A DNA stretch of 64,000 nt from assembly GCA_019748095.1 (NCBI GenBank), contig JAIEQA010000008.1, positions 10,625 to 74,624 of the forward strand, read 5' to 3'. Numbering within the stretch: the first letter of the stretch is position 1; every line of letters starts with the position of its first letter. Positions 62,176-64,000 of this stretch are shown here, in pieces. Source of the stretch: Caulobacteraceae bacterium. GTDB taxonomy: Bacteria; Pseudomonadota; Alphaproteobacteria; Caulobacterales; Caulobacteraceae. Under the pieces are notes generated by a model. That model searched no databases. It saw only the letters and a program-made list of their open reading frames with translations, and had not been told where the DNA came from. The position numbers and the translations under genes are program-made.

Positions 62176-63147
62176 TCACCCGGTGAGCCAGCCGGTGCGG
62201 TGACCGAACGCCTTGACCAGATCGGGCCACACGGCGGCGGGTTTGCCGGCGATCAGGCGGATGCCGAAGCCGTGGCCGCCCTCGGCGAACAGATGGGCCT
62301 CGCTGCGGACCCCGGCGGCCCGAAGCGTGGTCAACAGTTGCAGGCTGTTCTCGGGCGGGACGCCGGTGTCGTCCATGGCGTGGATCAGGACCGTGGGCGC
62401 GACCCCGGTCCAGTCCATCCGCTCCAGCGACCATGCGGCGATCTGGTCCGGCGTGGGCGAGGGGCCCAGCAACTGGGTGCGGGACCCCACATGGGCGAAG
62501 GGATCGGCCAGGGTCACGACCGGATAGAGCAGGATGTTCAGGTCGGGCCGGAAGGCCACCGCGTCAGCCGCGTCCACCGCCGCATAGGTGGCGTCGCGGC
62601 GAGCGGCGAGCAGGCCGGCCAGATGGCCGCCGGCCGATGCCCCCAGAGCGGCGATGCGGGCCGGATCGATGCCGTAGTCCGCCGCGTTGGCCCGGATCAG
62701 CCGCAGGGCCCGCTGGGCGTCCTGAAGCGGGGCGTTCGGGCCGGCGGTCCAGCCATCGGCGGGCAGACGATAGCGCAGGACGAAACAGGTGGTGCCGGTT
62801 GCGGCGAAGACGCGGGCGACGTCATGGCCTTCCTTGTCCAGAACGGCCCAGCGATAGCCGCCGCCGGGAATCAACAGCAGGGCCGAACCGTCCGGGCGCG
62901 CAGGCCGGAATACCGTCAGGATCGGGTCGGTGGTGTACTGGGCGTAGCGGTCGTGGAAGGCCGGATCGGTCGAGCGTTCCGGCACGATGGGGGTAACGGT
63001 GACATTCTCTCCGCCGGGCGCGCCGGCGGGCCACAGATGGATGGTCTCGGTCGGGTCCGGCGGGGCCACCGCCGCCTGGCGGGGGAGGGCCGGTGCGGAG
63101 GCAGCCAGCGCCCCCACACCCAGCAGGGTTCGCCGATCCAGGGTCAT
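62176..63147 (-). CDS. Secreted alpha/beta hydrolase (esterase/lipase, Tat-type signal)
   Basis: Start reset to ATG 63147 ([22 protein letters not shown]), an ATGA overlap with the thiolase stop. LLIPGGGY oxyanion region and GASAGGHLA nucleophile elbow. Confidence 0.85.
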   Translation of the reverse strand: MTLDRRTLLGVGALAASAPALPRQAAVAPPDPTETIHLWPAGAPGGENVTVTPIVPERSTDPAFHDRYAQYTTDPILTVFRPARPDGSALLLIPGGGYRWAVLDKEGHDVARVFAATGTTCFVLRYRLPADGWTAGPNAPLQDAQRALRLIRANAADYGIDPARIAALGASAGGHLAGLLAARRDATYAAVDAADAVAFRPDLNILLYPVVTLADPFAHVGSRTQLLGPSPTPDQIAAWSLERMDWTGVAPTVLIHAMDDTGVPPENSLQLLTTLRAAGVRSEAHLFAEGGHGFGIRLIAGKPAAVWPDLVKAFGHRTGWLTG

Positions 63148-64000
63148 GCCAGCTCCACCGCCATGGCCACGGCCTCGCCGCCGCCGATGCACAGGCTGGC
63201 CATGCCCTTGGCCTTGCCGCGCGCCTGCAGGGCCGCAATCAGGGTGGTCAGGACCCGGGCCCCCGAGGCCCCGATGGGATGGCCAAGCGCCGTGGCCCCG
63301 CCGTTCACGTTCAGCTTCGCGTGATCGATGCCCATTTCCTGCATGGCGATCATGGGGACGACGGCGAAGGCCTCATTGACCTCCCACAGGTCGACGTCCT
63401 CAACGGACCAGCCCGCCTTCGCCAGCGCCTTGCGCATCGCCGGGACGGGCGCGGTGGTGAACAGACCGGGTTCATGGGCGTGGGCCGCGTGGCTGACGAT
63501 CCGGGCGACGATTGGCAGGTTCATCGCCTTTGCTACGCTCTCGCGGGTCAGGACCAGCGCGGCGGCCCCGTCGCTGATGGAGCTGGCATTGGCGGCGGTG
63601 ATGGTGCCGTCCTTGCTGAAAGCCGGTTTCAGGGTCGGGATCTTCTCGGGCATGGCCTTGCCGGGCTGTTCGTCGACGGTGACCGTGACGGTGCCCTTGC
63701 GGCCCGCGACCTCGACCGGGGTGATCTCGGCCTCGAAGGCTCCGGTTTCGATGGCGGCCAGGGCGCGGCGCAGGCTTTCCAGCGCATAGGCGTCCTGGGC
63801 CTCGCGCGTGAACTGGTAGGTCTGCGCGGAATCCTCGGCGAAATTGCCCATCAGCTTGCCGGGTGTATAGGCGTCCTCAAGGCCGTCCATATACATGCTG
63901 TCGACAAGGACATCGTGGCCGATGCGGGCCCCGCCGCGGTGCTTGGTCATCAGATAGGGGGCCCCGGTCATGGACTCCATGCCGCCCGCAACGATCAGGT
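63144..64000 (-). CDS. Acetyl-CoA C-acyltransferase/acetyltransferase (thiolase), C-terminal part; 5' end outside the window
   Basis: Frame open to the window edge (..[14 protein letters not shown]). [21 protein letters not shown] and [13 protein letters not shown] thiolase signatures. Confidence 0.9.
   Translation of the reverse strand, partial: LIVAGGMESMTGAPYLMTKHRGGARIGHDVLVDSMYMDGLEDAYTPGKLMGNFAEDSAQTYQFTREAQDAYALESLRRALAAIETGAFEAEITPVEVAGRKGTVTVTVDEQPGKAMPEKIPTLKPAFSKDGTITAANASSISDGAAALVLTRESVAKAMNLPIVARIVSHAAHAHEPGLFTTAPVPAMRKALAKAGWSVEDVDLWEVNEAFAVVPMIAMQEMGIDHAKLNVNGGATALGHPIGASGARVLTTLIAALQARGKAKGMASLCIGGGEAVAMAVELA

Noticed and set aside
62064-62186. 40-aa [43 protein letters not shown] in the 61926-62175 spacer.
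   Set aside because: The Pro-run tail looks like chance translation of GC-rich DNA. It overlaps the 3' end of the convergent esterase gene, and nothing supports it.

Overview
High-GC (visibly about two-thirds G+C, not computed) chromosomal segment with dense, mostly housekeeping gene content typical of an alphaproteobacterium. Several conserved small proteins (DUF1013/TrcR-like, DUF1465/RcdA-like, DUF1192, DUF4170, DUF2093, TIGR02444, DUF465) and a holdfast-anchor-like locus suggest Caulobacterales (Brevundimonas/Caulobacter-like); this is an inference. I call about 77 protein-coding genes. They include xseA, purD, purE-purK, an LPS core/lipid A operon (msbA-like, DUF374, waaA, lpxK), pmbA, ubiD and ubiX, folE, cysS, rpmE, suhB, efp, bfr-bfd, thiE and cydAB. 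There are also two type II toxin-antitoxin pairs (ParDE-like with a frameshifted toxin, MazEF-like), c-di-GMP enzymes and two-component proteins. I recognised no rRNA, tRNA, CRISPR array, transposase, integrase or phage gene. The least ordinary stretch is 20.3-24.1 kb. It has a ~700-bp non-coding leader followed by a four-gene curli-like/holdfast-anchor-type locus: a 4-repeat curlin-like protein, an HfaA-like protein, and two tandem CsgG/HfaB-like paralogs, the second with a lipobox and a Pro-rich tail. Other items worth a second look are listed here. (1) Two families of MITE-like nested inverted-repeat elements. (2) A perfect 9+7+9 palindrome that also matches a CtrA box, lying between an XRE/DUF2975 pair and an ABC-2 transporter. 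(3) A secreted CVNH-like plus beta/gamma-crystallin fusion protein. (4) A structured repeat between efp and suhB. (5) A DUF2474-like micro-ORF after cydB that lacks an ATG/GTG start. Many long ORFs in the supplied track are antisense or out-of-frame shadows typical of high-GC DNA. Several listed ORFs carry spurious N-terminal extensions, so I reset their starts by reading the sequence. All family assignments rest on motif recognition by eye; no database search was run.
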